From NCBI GenBank assembly GCA_973895155.1, contig OZ316896.1:1364001-1428000 (forward strand): a stretch of 64,000 nucleotides of DNA. Reading direction: 5' to 3'. The notes beneath the pieces are model-generated. The model was not told the DNA's origin. It was given only the letters and a program-made list of their open reading frames with translations, and ran no database searches. The DNA is from Marsupella aquatica. Lineage: Eukaryota; Plantae; Marchantiophyta. Made by a program: the position numbers and the translations under genes. This document shows positions 12,996 through 26,159 of the stretch, piece after piece; position 1 is the stretch's first letter, and each line of letters opens with the position of its first letter.

Positions 12996-13557
12996 AACAA
13001 AGAAGGGGAAAATCCGAGTGGAATGCAATGGCGAGATGACTTATCCAAGACAATCTAAACATATAATAAACGGGACAGTAAGTATCACCAGCAAAGGATC
13101 GCCAGGGGACGAGACCATGGGGGTCGGGCTCCAACTCAAGTGAACAAAGAGCGAGTCTCGACAAGGAGAGCAATGCAAAGTTTTAGGCTACGAGGGGGTG
13201 ATTCAGGCTCACAACTGTAATGCTGGTACACGTAATCATCTCCAACAGGTTTTGTAAGTAAGAGTGGTCTTGAAGAGAGCATTTCACCAAAGATTATCTG
13301 ATAGTGTACGTAAGTCATCCGGAGTGAATGAGATCCGTAGCTTTTCTCAAGGATTTCTCACAGTGCAATCTCACCAACAGAGACATAGCACTGCGGTCAC
13401 TCATAAATGAAACTGCATGCTCACAAATGATGATTTTATACACTATATAGCAGCCAAGCAAGTGGCCTCAAATGGAATTGTTTTACATTGCATGAACAGA
13501 ACTGAACCTAGTATCAGAACCTCCTGATTCTGTCTACAATGACGTGAATGCCTGTCT

Positions 13558-16546
13558 TTAACTAGCGTGAAACAGCTTGACGCGCTTCAGATCAATGATA
13601 ATTCCTTCTACAGACCCTATCAGAGCAGCCAATGAAACTAAAAATGTTACAAAGCTCAGGGTTTGCAACCCTATCCATAACTTACTGAACCTCGGAACTT
13701 TGTGTTGTGATATATACATAGCTAGAGGAAAGTAGACGGTAAGAGGCCAGAAACCCAGAGCTCCGAGAATTCCCAAAATATCATTGAAGAAAGGCATAAC
13801 CATGGAAATTATGGTAGTTATGACAACGTAGGTAGTTCGCCATGATGCTCTGAACAAGTTCAGGTCAAAAACTACTCCTCCTGGAATCTTCAGTAGCAGC
13901 CCTCTCTTTAGGAAAGAGCTGTTTGGGAAGCGTCGCTCAACAGACATCTCCACAAATTGATATACAGGCTGAGTATAAACCTACACAACCGAGGCACGAC
14001 CAAGCTTATTGATGTTAGCAGAAGATCATAAAATCACGGCATTATCCAGTAAATGATTACAGGCACTAATAAGATCTTCAAATATCCATTTGTTGCGATG
14101 TGATAACAACTTCATAGCAAGCCAAACGAAGAGGAAATATCTGAACAGCTCGCTTTCGAGTTCAGTACCTGATAAGCTCCTATAAGGTGGATGACAACAC
14201 ATGCGTTGGCAAAATCCACCAACCAATACGGATTTTGAAAACAATTCAAAATACCCCCACAAACTGAATTACCAAAAGCCAAGTAACCGGCAATTCCAAC
14301 AGTAATGTAAAAAAAAGTTGTTGCTGAAATTCCATACACGGTAGCCCTTTTCATTTGCTTCGTCTCAGAAGGGGGATTTCTGAGGGTGTCCTGCACAATT
14401 TGAAGTATAGCAACATGTGAGTATGTATTGAAACTAAATTTATGCAAGAATTACAAATACTCGATGTTGAGTATTGAGGTAATAGTCAGGATTGAAGTAA
14501 ATACCTGAATTTCTATGAGGATCATGGAGTACGAATATGCAAATGCAATATTCCCCAAGGCAATAAATATATTCCAAACTTTTTGTGCCTCTGTTTCAGT
14601 GGTTGGAGTTTCGACTCCAACACCTATACCCCCTATACTTCCGAAATCGTGGGATTTTTTTGCTGTTGTTCACAATACACAACAAAATGTCTTAATCTCT
14701 TCTAATCTTGAGAACTCCCAAAGGAGCAATTGTCCTAAACAAGGTATGTAAATATGGAAATATCTCTCAAGAGGAACAAGAACTTGGCTTTTAGGCTTCC
14801 AGTCGTTTTGATTTGACCTCTGAGAGTTCTCTTTCTCGGTGATCTTTATAAATACAGTTGAGGGCTGCCCCTGTATTTCAAGAAAAACAACAAAGCCAAA
14901 AAGCAGACCGGAACCAGAACCCTCTCATTTCTAGAACAAACATATGAAGCAAAGAAGCAACTATCTGATAAAGGGATGGTTGATACTCACCAACAGAATG
15001 GCCAATACCCAGGCCGAGTACAATGAAAGAATACGTAAAGGACATAATAGCAGCAACGTACGACAACCACCAAATGTCTCCAAAATTGGGAATGAGGGAC
15101 AGGATTATCTGTATTATTCCATAGATTGCAATATAAGGCGTTGTGTCCGCCAAGCAGTCCCCTTGGCCCCCTGTTCTGTGAAAACAGTTTGTTTTCTGAA
15201 TTGCACTGCCAATGTGCAGAGGAAGACGCAAGCTCAGCAAATAAGTAGTGTGGATACTTCTTTTGACACGACGAAGATGAGCACTCTTTCAATAAAAATA
15301 ACTGAGTATCACAAAGCGTAATGAGGTAGCGTCACAATCTCAGTTTAGACTGAAGAGTAGGAGGAGTGCGAGACCTCTTACCGAGCAGCAAGTGCAGTTG
15401 TGATGGTGTACCCTATCGAAGTCCCAATCAGGTTACTGTATTGGGTTAGTCCACAGAGCCAGTAAGAGCGTCTTGACAAGTTTGCCTTCACGGCATCCAT
15501 GTATATATAGTTTCTCGTGCCCGTCACGGGGTCCGGGTAGCGGTAACAGTCTGCCAGGAGTCGGGAAGTATAAAGGGTACACCAAGCAAAGAGGATGAGA
15601 GTGGTCAAACCCGCAATCCAGCCCATCTGCCCTATGCTCCATGGCACAGAAAGCACACCAGAGCCAATCACGGCTGTAATGATGTGTGCAGCTGCGGTCC
15701 ATTCCGATCCTGCAAGCGGGATGACTGTCAGTGACCCTTTTGCGCGACAGAGCTGCTTCACACATCTATTATTGCAAGTTCATTGTGATACGAGGCATTT
15801 CATTCGAAGAGTAGTGGATGGCAGCCTAAACAGGTCGTGCGGACTGATACTATTTCCTTATTAGCTGCCCCTCGTTGGATTTGAGACGAGGATGATACTT
15901 CATGTAACAGAGAAACTAAATTACGTTCTTGCATTATCAATTTATCCCCAATTACTTCTGTGTAAGGAAGTTGTAAGAACCGAGCGGAACGGAGTCCAGG
16001 CCTTAACTACTGAAACACTGAGGAAATGGTGACCGAGAGAAGCCATCGATACACGAAGATATAATATGAGGCCTTTTCCTTCGAAGAGTCGTGGCTGGCA
16101 GCCTAAAGAGGTTGTGCGGACTGCTACTATTTCTTTACTAGTGGAAACAGGTTGGATGTGGGACAAAGCTGATTTGTCTTGAAACAGGGTCTACAATTGG
16201 TCACGATGCACACGAAACTAAATTACAAGTTTGCAGTATCACTATATGCATACTACTTCTGTGTAAGCAAGTTGTAAGAACCGAGCTACGGAGTCCAACC
16301 TCAACTATTGAAACTTTGACTAAAGTGAATGATTTAGTTACAGTGAATCCATCGATCCACGATATGACTCTAATTGAGAACACAGGGATTGAATCAAGTA
16401 CCTGTCCTTCTGGGTTTCCCGTCGTCATCTACAGCATCTTTCGTGCCTTCGACGTCCATAGCTGTCGGTTTCCGATGGACGAGATCGCTCCCCGCGGCAC
16501 CATTTTGGGCGCCTGGTGCATTCTCATCCATTTCGCCGTCCGCCAT
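13558..16546 (-). CDS. AAP: Amino acid permease (AAP family), copy 2; 6 exons, 496 aa
   Basis: Exons 16546-16402, 15709-15382, 15205-14991, 14662-14505, 14390-14169 and 13980-13558 are GT-AG bounded and sum to 1491 nt. Same intron positions as copy 1, with identical lengths for exons 2, 3, 5 and 6. Confidence 0.95.
15805..16370. repeat. Diverged ~280-300-bp tandem duplication inside AAP2 intron 1
   Basis: GGCAGCCTAAA.AGGT.GTGCGGACTG at ~15820 and ~16097; TACTTCTGTGTAAG.AAGTTGTAAGAACCGAGC at ~15953 and ~16254. Confidence 0.75.
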
Positions 16547-19361
16547 CGCCTCGTTGCAACGTGATACGGACGAGAATAAATGGTCGCCAGAGCGCAACGG
16601 GAGAGATACTCACGACAGTCCCTGTGCAGCCCCCTGTGCAGCCAACAGCCGAAGTCCTCCTTTAGTCCTTTCCCAGAATATTATTTTATGTAATATTTTA
16701 TCTTATTTACTAAATCTTAGTGGTTGGCTGTTCTTACTTCTTAGAGTTGTTGGGCACTTGTACGCGCGAGATTCTAGTTAGATTCTAAGACATATATATA
16801 ATTAATTGTTCATAAAATTACAAAAAACATTCAGGGAAAGATTCGATCCACTCATTTGAATCTCCAAGGGAAAGGTTGGATCCCATGAGTTGAGATTCCC
16901 TAGAAAGTCATTAATCATTATTGGACCTTGTGCTGCTCATCCTTGTCGCCCAATAGAATCCTCAATTTTCCCAAAAAGAGTTGTCTGAACCCCACTTTTG
17001 GGTAAAGTTGTCCAATAGAACCTGAAAATTGCCAAATTTTCTTCGTCATAAAACGGCCTGTCACAACAATCCCTGGATGGTCACTACACAGAGCTTGCGT
17101 CGGCCTTGAAACATCAGCTTTCTCACATTTTCCTTCACGAAAATGGGATCAAACAACAAGTACAACACAAAAATGCAACTTAGAAAGCTCTGCCTTCACG
17201 AAAGTGAGGATCAATCGTCCATGTGAGATAAGGATATTTATAAGAGGAGGATAAATTAACCATAAATTTTAAACTTTTAGAGTTTAAGACACAAAAAGAC
17301 ACTAAACTGTATCCGACGACTACTCTGAAGTGCCAATATTAGTTTTGAGCAACATAAGAGGGCTACCTGGAGTGCTATAAGGAAGGACGGGTGGACCCAG
17401 ACATTCGATCTTATGGGAGCCAGAAAGGAACCAAGTGAATATGGCACTCTACTCTGCACTACACCAGCTACTTCCCCCAGAAGTTTTAAGACCATAAGTG
17501 AACCAGAGATTTGGCTACAGCAAAATCTGGATATAAGGAGAGGAAATTGTCCCTATTCTTCACACCTTTCAAAGCTGAACTTAGTAGGTTTGGAGTTTGT
17601 GAGTACACTAGACTTGTCGAGCAGTAGAGTAAGGAGACTCTTCCATTCCAATTAAGGATCTTGGGTTACAGGCCCAATCTTCAGTTACATATTCATTGAG
17701 AGCTTGGATATGAGAGCACTGACTGAATTGTTATGAGGGGAATGTCTACTCCTACCAAAGGAGTGAACCGAAGACTAGAAGTTTGAACCTGATACATCAT
17801 CCTTGAGCCATGGTAGTGAGAGACGAATTGACTCGAATTTGACTGTGGGATAGGTTGGATGAGTCGAAACTCAATGCGCCCCAATTGCCCTATGCTTTTT
17901 GAGTAGAGAACAGATCTTCTATTGGAATTGAAGGCTCTTTGCTGACCGTGAGACAAGAAGAAGGTTGGACCCAGACGTTGCTGTCATTCCATCTCTGGAA
18001 GAAGTTTGGATACTTTCAGCATCAACATCCGCTTATCCACTCTGATGACGGCCATTGTAAGGAGATCAAAGCTCCAAAATTCTCTCATCAAAAGGGTGTC
18101 CCTGGTGCATGCTCATATATGATGACTCATGCCGGCTGCTAAAACAATCCAGTCGGAGAAGTACTCTCCACAATGTAGTACCGACCTCAAGCTTTTCCCT
18201 GCACAGTCACATGCAACCATTTTGAGCATCATTTTTACTGCCTGGAAGTTGTCATATTCGTTCATATGTTTGCACTTCACTGAACTCTTCCACTTACTTA
18301 GGGCAAACGCCAGTGCCAAGGTGCATTATGCCTGCAGTCTTTTTCTAGAGTTCTTTTGAAAATGAATATGTAAACAAGTCTCCCAAATTAAAACTCATAT
18401 TGTCTTTCTTCAACAACTATTTAGAAGTGAGTGAATAGGACAGGACTTTCTGGTCACTATTTTGCCCAGATTGTATAATTCAGTCTCTGGGGCATCTGCG
18501 TTCTTCTTTCCTCAAAGCACTTCTCATAGAACTTGGCTCCAACAATGGCCACCATTGCTAACCCGGCACCAATCAGTGCACCATATGCTAGAGGGAATGC
18601 TACTGAACTCATGATATATGAGACAACAAGTTTACGTTATTTTCCTTTCAACTGTTCCTAAACATGGACAAACCAAGGTAGCCTATATTTTCCTTTGTCG
18701 CAAATGGAATAGTTTTGAACACTAATCAATAGATTTTTAGCACTATAGTTTAAATAATTTATAATTGGAGAGGTCGACAATCTTAACAATTGTTGAGGTT
18801 TTGGGCCAACTGCAATGGCACTATGGTAGTGGTCACACTTCATGTAGAGATAACAGTCTAGTTTCAGTAGATGAAACTAAGATAGCAATCAACCTTTGGT
18901 GCATTCAGACAGAGCATAGTTTAGTCCTCTGTCCTACAGCCTCCAAAAGCATTGTACTTGTGAGAACAGATTTGGATGTTTCTTGTAACAACTCACATCA
19001 AATAGACAATCAAGTCACTGACTCCTGGTGGCAGTCAGAAGTCATGATTTGCCTTTATCTAGCCAAAAATAACATATTTTATTTGCAAAATCTCTAGTCA
19101 ATCATCAAACATAGTTTTTGGCTAGTGATGATAGGCCAAAAATGGCTGCAAAAGTTATTGGTCACAAGATTTTATGGCCATAAGATTTTTGAAAAATATA
19201 TCATATTGTTAGTATCAACACCCAAAATTCTTGAAAAATAAAATAAAATAAAATAAAATAATGGTTTTGCCTTTTGGCAAATTTACTCCAAAAATAAATA
19301 AATAAATAAATTCTTGAATGAAAAGATTTCCCATATAAGTGTATCTGTCTTTTTTGCAGTG

Positions 19362-19399
<38 letters not shown>
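19362..19399. repeat. (TA)n microsatellite
   Basis: Uninterrupted TA run of ~19 units. Confidence 0.95.
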
Positions 19400-19403
<4 letters not shown>

Positions 19404-20280
19404 TTATGTATGTATTTATACCATATATTTTGTTAGGTTAGAAACAAGAAAAGGTGATATGATCGTTATTATTTTCTTTTACTTTCAAGTTTGCAGTTTG
19501 CATTTGACATTATAATATTTGAAGTGCATTTTCTAATCTGTAAAGACTTTGTCATAATAGGGTGTTAGTCAAATATTATATTCATGGTTGACCGCATTAT
19601 TATAGTCTCAAGGTAGATTTGGAGTGTGAAGCATTTGGCTACTCCACCTACAGTGTTATGGGCTATACCACGTGTTCTCTTTTGTTTGTTCTTTTGTACT
19701 CTATTCTGTAAAAAGCCTTCTTTCTTTTCCCTCTCGATATTTTTGCCTTTGGGATCATCTCTTCGGGTTTGACATTCCCATAGTTTGGCAGTGATGTATA
19801 TATTCACCCACACTCTTGCTTTATGTTTTGGGTACTTGAATGGTATTTAGCCAAAATTTGTTTTCATTTTATTAAATATCCTTTTTAGAGTAATATATTT
19901 TGTGAGGTGACAATAGATTTTTGTAATTTCATGTGAGGTGCAGGATTGGAATTTGAAGGCCATGTGGACCACAAAGTTGGTTAATAAAACCCCCATGAAC
20001 ACATTATCCAAAATTTGAGTTTAGATGTAATAACTTGATATTCATGATTTCTTAATAATCATGGTGATCTTGTAAAAAACTTGTTATGTGGGCCAAAGGC
20101 GACCTACATAGAAAAACAGGTACCAAAGTTGATAGCCTGGCCTATATAAGAGTAGTTAGAGGAATATGGTTCTAGAAAAATAGCATCCACATTCACACAT
20201 TCTAGTGTCAAAATTCATTAATCCTATATCATGCGTGCTATTATTGCACCCTAAAAATAAACAAAACTAAAATTTGAAAT

Positions 20281-21763
20281 CAGTGGTGGACCTTACCACC
20301 CAGCGCCCTCACCAATCCCAACACTCACGCCTGAGTGCCCTTGGTGCTCGAACGCCTCCACGGAATACCTTGAGCAAGCAACCTAGTGCCCCTTGCACCG
20401 CCAGCAGCCTCTCCCATACGAGGCCGCACTTGCTCTCTAACACGACCGCTACTCAATGGTCCTCCCTATCTGCACAAGCAACCCAGCACCTCGATAAGTA
20501 ACCCTTCAGGATCTAGAACTCGCCAAGTCTAGCATCCTAACTCAAGCTCAACAGACGTTGGTAAATAGGTCAGCGATAGGTCCTCCCGATGCCATAAGCC
20601 GGAACCAGAACCCACGCCCACTGTTCGTCCAGAATAGCTCCTTCCTTGGGCGCGGCCCAGGTTCCCCCTCGTACCTATTCATCACCAACTGACCACCCTG
20701 ACCTCAGGACATGCTCATGGTCCAAATAGCGTAGCTTGTCCTAAAGTTTGTCCCAACACGCCGGGACCAGAACGGCCCCGACTCGAGCAACAGCTCCCGG
20801 TTCGCCCCACTGGTGGTCTAGGGCCAAGCACCCTTGGAACTCAGCCTCCGCACCTACTTGGCCTTGCCTCCCCAACGCAAGCTCCCTTGGGAGACTGAGC
20901 GCGGCTTGGCTGCTGTTCGGCAGGATTTGGCAAGCGGATGAGCTAACACTCGCAAACCCCAAGAACCCATGGCATCCCAGACCCAGCTGAGCTTTGGAGG
21001 GCGTAGCCCTCCTCAAGAGCTTTCCAACGCACCTAAGAAGTCCTCCAACGGACTTCCCATTGGGAAGATATCGTCATTTCCATTTGGCAGTTTCCTTTAG
21101 TGTCGCGACCGCCGCGGCTCACGACTTCGGCTCGCCCTTAGCCCCCACGGAGACACCACTCCCCTCATATATGCTTCTGGAGACCTGCCACCCCCAGACC
21201 AGCTTTGGTCCCTAAACATTTGGCCCCCAACCCGGATCCCATCGCGCATAATGGGCGCGCCATGAACTGGCAGCGCCCATAACTTTTTTGATAGGCATCC
21301 GCAAGCGGAGTGCCTTAGCCCGTTGTGACCGGGCCGACCCAGTGCTCATGCCTAGGCCCTCAGGTCTGATCGCCGCTCGGGGCCCTCGACCGGCCCAACC
21401 TGGATCGGGCCACAACTTGCGCCCCAAGCGTCCGTTGCCAATGACGTCAACTCCATTGGCCTTGGGCCCAAGAGGAGCTCACTCCCAAGTCCTCAGAACT
21501 CAAAGTCCATCCGGAGGTCCGGACGGCCATCCTTGAGCCCGGCCCATTTCCCCTTGACCCGACCAGCCATCGGCTAGTCCAAGTCCTTAGTGTGTGCCCC
21601 CAGCTTGGCTCCTTGCCTCGCTAGTGCTACGTCTCATTGCCCACAAGTCTCCCTATGCTAAGTCCTCCCCGGATGGCCTATCCGAGCCTGGACCATAAGG
21701 GAGCTCGGCGTCGGAGTCAGCAATGCCGGAGCTAAGTGTTAAGGTAGTCGAGTTCCGTGACTC
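20281..21763. mobile_element. ~1.48-kb interspersed repeat, copy 1 (putative non-autonomous PIF/Harbinger-like element)
   Basis: Colinear and highly similar over its full length to 54749-56245; similarity stops sharply at AGTGGTGGACC and GAGTTCCG.GACTC. No TSD seen in this copy. Confidence 0.8.
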
Positions 21764-22257
21764 ATGGTAATTTAGATGCTAATTTTTCATTCAAAACATT
21801 TCCTTGAGTACCCCTATGTCTATACAATACATGTGACATTCCATATAGTTCATGAAAAATATTACTTTGTCCATAGTAGTTGCAAGGTATTATAGTCCCT
21901 TTGTATTCCTCTATCCATAGTAGTTATGGTGTTTCTTATCTTTGCTTGTTACCCCTCTACACATAGAAGCCAGTCGGTTTCTTGACTTACCTTGGTAAAT
22001 GTTAGAGAATTTGAAAAGTTTCTTGGGGTTTTTCATGTAATTTTGGTAAATATTAGAAAAATTGAAGAGTTTCTTACTTGTCATTATTTCAAAAATGTGT
22101 AAATAGAAGAAATGGGTTTAACACTTTTAGAAGAAATGGGTTCTTTTTCCTTTCAAAAGTGCAGATGAAATAAATCCTTCATCTGCAGTTTTCTTGAAAT
22201 ATAATAACACTATGTACTCACAATTGTGAGCTACTCATTGGGCCTACTGTCTAGAAT

Positions 22258-22421
22258 GAAAGCCTTTAGACCATGGCTCAACTAGAGTGGAGACAGAAAC
22301 AGGGATGGGGTTGAAAGTCTTTAGACCATGACTCAGTTAGGGTGGAGACAGAAACAGGGATGGGGTTGAAAGTCTTTAGACCATGACTCAGTTAGGGTGG
22401 CGACAAAAACAGGGATGGGGT
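22258..22421. repeat. Minisatellite, 3 x 55 bp
   Basis: GAAAGTCTTTAGACCATGACTCAGTTAGGGTGGAGACAGAAACAGGGATGGGGTT-like units at 22258, 22313 and 22368. Confidence 0.9.
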
Positions 22422-25400
22422 AGACTCTGACTTTAGTGGCTTAGGAGAAAGTGCGGGCCCATATTCAAAGAAGAGGGGATGGGGCAAAAATGAACACAGA
22501 AGTAAGGAATTTTTTTTGCAAGGTGTAGTCACCTCTGTTCACTCAATCAGGCGAGTATGCTAAGTCTGTTTACAAAAAAAAGCCAAACGAAGTACAAAGA
22601 GGAAAAAGCAAAAATAATACAAACTCCAAACTCAAAAGAAGTGTGCAAAGGAAAACCCAGAAAATTTAGAAAAGAGAGAATAGAAGAAAATGGGAATTAA
22701 AGGATGAGCTAATCGTTCCATTAAGCTAGTTTGCGGTTACATTTACTGTTTAAATCTTATTTTAAAGCTTACAGGCAAGCCCTTTTCCCACAGACATTCT
22801 ACTGTCTACAGCCGATGGATTTTGCCTGAGGGGTAAGAAAACCTTAACAAACAAATAAAGATCTGATGTAACCACTTGGATAAAAGGCCTTCTGAATATA
22901 GAGTCTTTTCACTAGTAGACCATATATACTTTGTTTTTGCCCTGAAAAGACCATACCATATATACTTTTGACTTTATATCCCATTAGGGAATATCACATT
23001 GTTGTGCCAAAAATGCTGTGGTCATTCTAAATTTGGCTCATGTTGTTTGGGGTGGAAACAATGATAACTAAAAAAATGATAAATAAACCAATTGCAGGTG
23101 AATTATATTTAGTGAGCATTGTTGTCCAAGCAAGAAGTTTGAACCAATATTTTGAAGTTGCTATACTATATGGTGAATCCACCTTTCAGATTTTGTCTTA
23201 TACAGATTTTCAGTGTCATGTATTATTATTTCAATGTGCCTTATCAAGGGAGCCTTTGTATCATATACATTTTTAATTAATTTTTAGACCACTTCAATAT
23301 TAGGTATTTTAGAGTATTTTTAACTTATACTGGCAACCCACAATAACTTTCAAAGTTTGTGATCTCTTAGAGATGAAACCAAAGGTTCCACCACTTGAAC
23401 AAAGCATTCTCATGAGTGAGAGAAATGATTCTGTTCGACATGAACACATAGTAAGTTCCCCTCAAATCTTGCTTTCCTAAGTTTATGGTTTTTATTGATA
23501 TGAGTGTCATTCATAAGGCACAAATAGTAGCATGTGTCATAAAACTTGAATGTACTTTCATTGGTCACTTTGCTTTTCTTGGGTCACTGTGCCTTTCTTG
23601 GTAGACACTTTACTTACATTATTTTATTCTTCTAGTTATGTTCTCATATTTTATTTACTTTCAAATCACTATAAGACAAAAAATCAAACATGTTCTGACT
23701 AGGATGAGCGCTATATTGTCCAAGAAAAAAGTTTAACCAATCATGACTATATATCCAATAGTTATCTATCCATACACCTTATCTAAATTAAAGGTATGCC
23801 TCAGCTGCCCATTAGTCTGCCCTAACCTGCCCTAGAAAAATGGAATAAAATAATAGTTAAATGTATTTACATTTAAGTTATTGAAATTGAAATTGAAATA
23901 ATTTATATAGAAACTGTGAATTGTTTTAAAATATTGAGAGTGTTCATCATCTAAAATTGAACTTAAAGCCCTCATGGACACAGACCTTTGCAAAATTGCC
24001 CGGATAGACAGACACAACCTGCATGGACACAACCTAAACTTAGTTTTTTGCTTGAATAGCACGGAATCCATTTTCTGGCAAAAGTGACCTGTAACGAGTT
24101 TTATGACCGGGACCAGGAGGTTTTCCGTTGGTACTCTCGGTAGTCTGTCCATGACTCTGGTTTTCCTTCCTGCGACAACGGGCAGGGCTTCATTGGCCTT
24201 AAGTGCTCTAAGCTATGGGACATGTATACTAGGGTTCTTTCAATGTCTGTATTCAGCACCCTTCGCGTTATGAATGTTTGCAAATGTCTCTCTCTTCACG
24301 CTATGATTGTTTGCAAATGTCGAAGATGATGAATCGATTCTGTTGCTTCTCCTTGTGGTTTGTTTGCTCAAAATGCAAGACCTTTTCGCCCTCTGCGCAG
24401 CTGAACTCAGCTGCAGGTCATTGTACGTAGCTCCACGTCGCATTGCAAGTTCAAAGGTAATCACAGCTGCTGAAGTTCGAACCTGCTGTTTGCAGGTGAA
24501 TCTTGCAGCTCAATGTCGTAGCTCTATTTCGCAGCAGCTCAATCATGTTTGCAGCTTCATGTTCGCAGCTTCAGTTCAGCCGGGAGTCCAGCAGCTGATC
24601 GCCACACCTCATGTTAGCAACAGCTTCAGTTCAGCCGGGAGTTCAGCAGCTGATCGCCTCCAGCTGCAGTTCACATTTGGCCTGATGTCAATAATCGCAG
24701 CAATGCCCTGATGTCCACCTGATTTTGCTCCACAGCGCCTCATGTTAGCAGCCCTTGAATCGGAGCTTCAGTTCAGCCGAGAGTTCAGCAGCTCCACTAT
24801 GCAGTCGTTCACCAGCTCGATGCAGCGCGAATGAGTTTAGCACTTCAGCCATTTCAGCCGGGAAGTTCGCAGCTCATATTCGTAGCTGTTAATGTTCGCA
24901 GTGAACTGATTGATCCCATCGCCTCCAGCTGAAGTTTGCACCTGAGTACATTGCCTCCACCTAAGTTCGATCCTGACTGTATCACTTTGCTTCACTCGGG
25001 GGATAGCTTTGCAAGAGGTCGCTTCACCCAGGGAATACAATTTGGAGCCTAGTCTAATGCAGTGTGCCAATTCGCAAACTGGCACGTTCAATCAGGTAAG
25101 CGAAACCTCCACTTAAATTGCTTGCACCCTGTCTTGTACCTAAGCTTTGTAGTTTATGGGCTTTGAGTGTAACTATATGCTTACTTGAATGAATGGATTG
25201 TTGTTAAGGAGGTTCAGGTGACATCTGCCTTCTGAGATATACAAATTGTGCACCTTTTGACTTCATTCAACTTTGTTCGATCATCAGGTAATTGTCTGTG
25301 GACCAATATTGGTCTCTGCAATTTGTTTACTTGGATGAATTGCGAGGCGATTGAAAATGATATAAGTTTGTGTTGAATAGTATTAAAATTTGTAAGGTAT

Positions 25401-25438
25401 GTGCTTGCAGGGGTCGATTCATTCCATTGCTCACAGTC

Positions 25439-26056
25439 ATGGATGTTGGGCAGTCATCTCATGTAGTATGCTTTGATAGCGATCTTGAATCCATTTCTGA
25501 GTTCCTTGAAAAATGGAAGCCATCATCCATTCCCTTCAACTACATTGAATGGCTAACTGTTAGCACCCTTCACTCAAACAAGGAATTCGACTGCCTTGTC
25601 AATACAAAAGGGTTGGCTCTGGCTTGGGAATCATTGTGTCTTTCATCCCACGATAGGCTACACAACTCTCATATTGAAAGTCTAGCTATTGCCAATAATG
25701 TCCTGTCTGGAAAATGGATGATTTTTGTTGAACGCCATGCCGTAGACACCCAGTGGGCAGAAATTGTTGCTGCTATTGTGAAGGGTTCTTTGGCAACTGT
25801 TGCCAAGGTTTCCACCTGTCATACCAAACCTCTGAAGTCTGGGTTTCCCAAAGAGGAAAAGATCCCTCAAGGTCAACATGTCATTTGTGTGTGGTCTGAT
25901 AATTTCACCGACATTGAGGGTGTTTTTGGTCTAAGGGATCGCCTTCGGAGTTTAGGGTTTAATGATACTCTGTTTTATAAGCCTGACGCATACTCTGTTT
26001 GCGCGGTGTATGCAGGCAATAGGCTTGGCCTCTCGGCTGCTAAATACGCAGCGTGA
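25439..26056 (+). CDS. DUF1917 / UPF0696 (C11orf68/BLES03-like, eIF4E-like fold) protein, 205 aa, MULE cargo
   Basis: Uninterrupted ORF with family motifs SGKWMIF, VDTQWAEI, AKVST, HVICVWSDNFTD and LFYKPDAYS..VY.GN; a splice acceptor TTGCAG ends at 25410, just upstream. Confidence 0.85.
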   Translation: MDVGQSSHVVCFDSDLESISEFLEKWKPSSIPFNYIEWLTVSTLHSNKEFDCLVNTKGLALAWESLCLSSHDRLHNSHIESLAIANNVLSGKWMIFVERHAVDTQWAEIVAAIVKGSLATVAKVSTCHTKPLKSGFPKEEKIPQGQHVICVWSDNFTDIEGVFGLRDRLRSLGFNDTLFYKPDAYSVCAVYAGNRLGLSAAKYAA

Positions 26057-26159
26057 CATGGCCTCGGTTTTTTGGGCTCTAGTAGACATGATGCATTGTG
26101 CAATGTCTCCAATCTTTGCCTTCATTAGGTACCTTAGACTGCCTCCTCACAACCCCGCT

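Noticed and set aside
12665-13173. 24-aa (72-bp) repeats as an LRR gene fragment
   Set aside because: No LxxLxLxxN pattern in the frames I read, and unit lengths vary.
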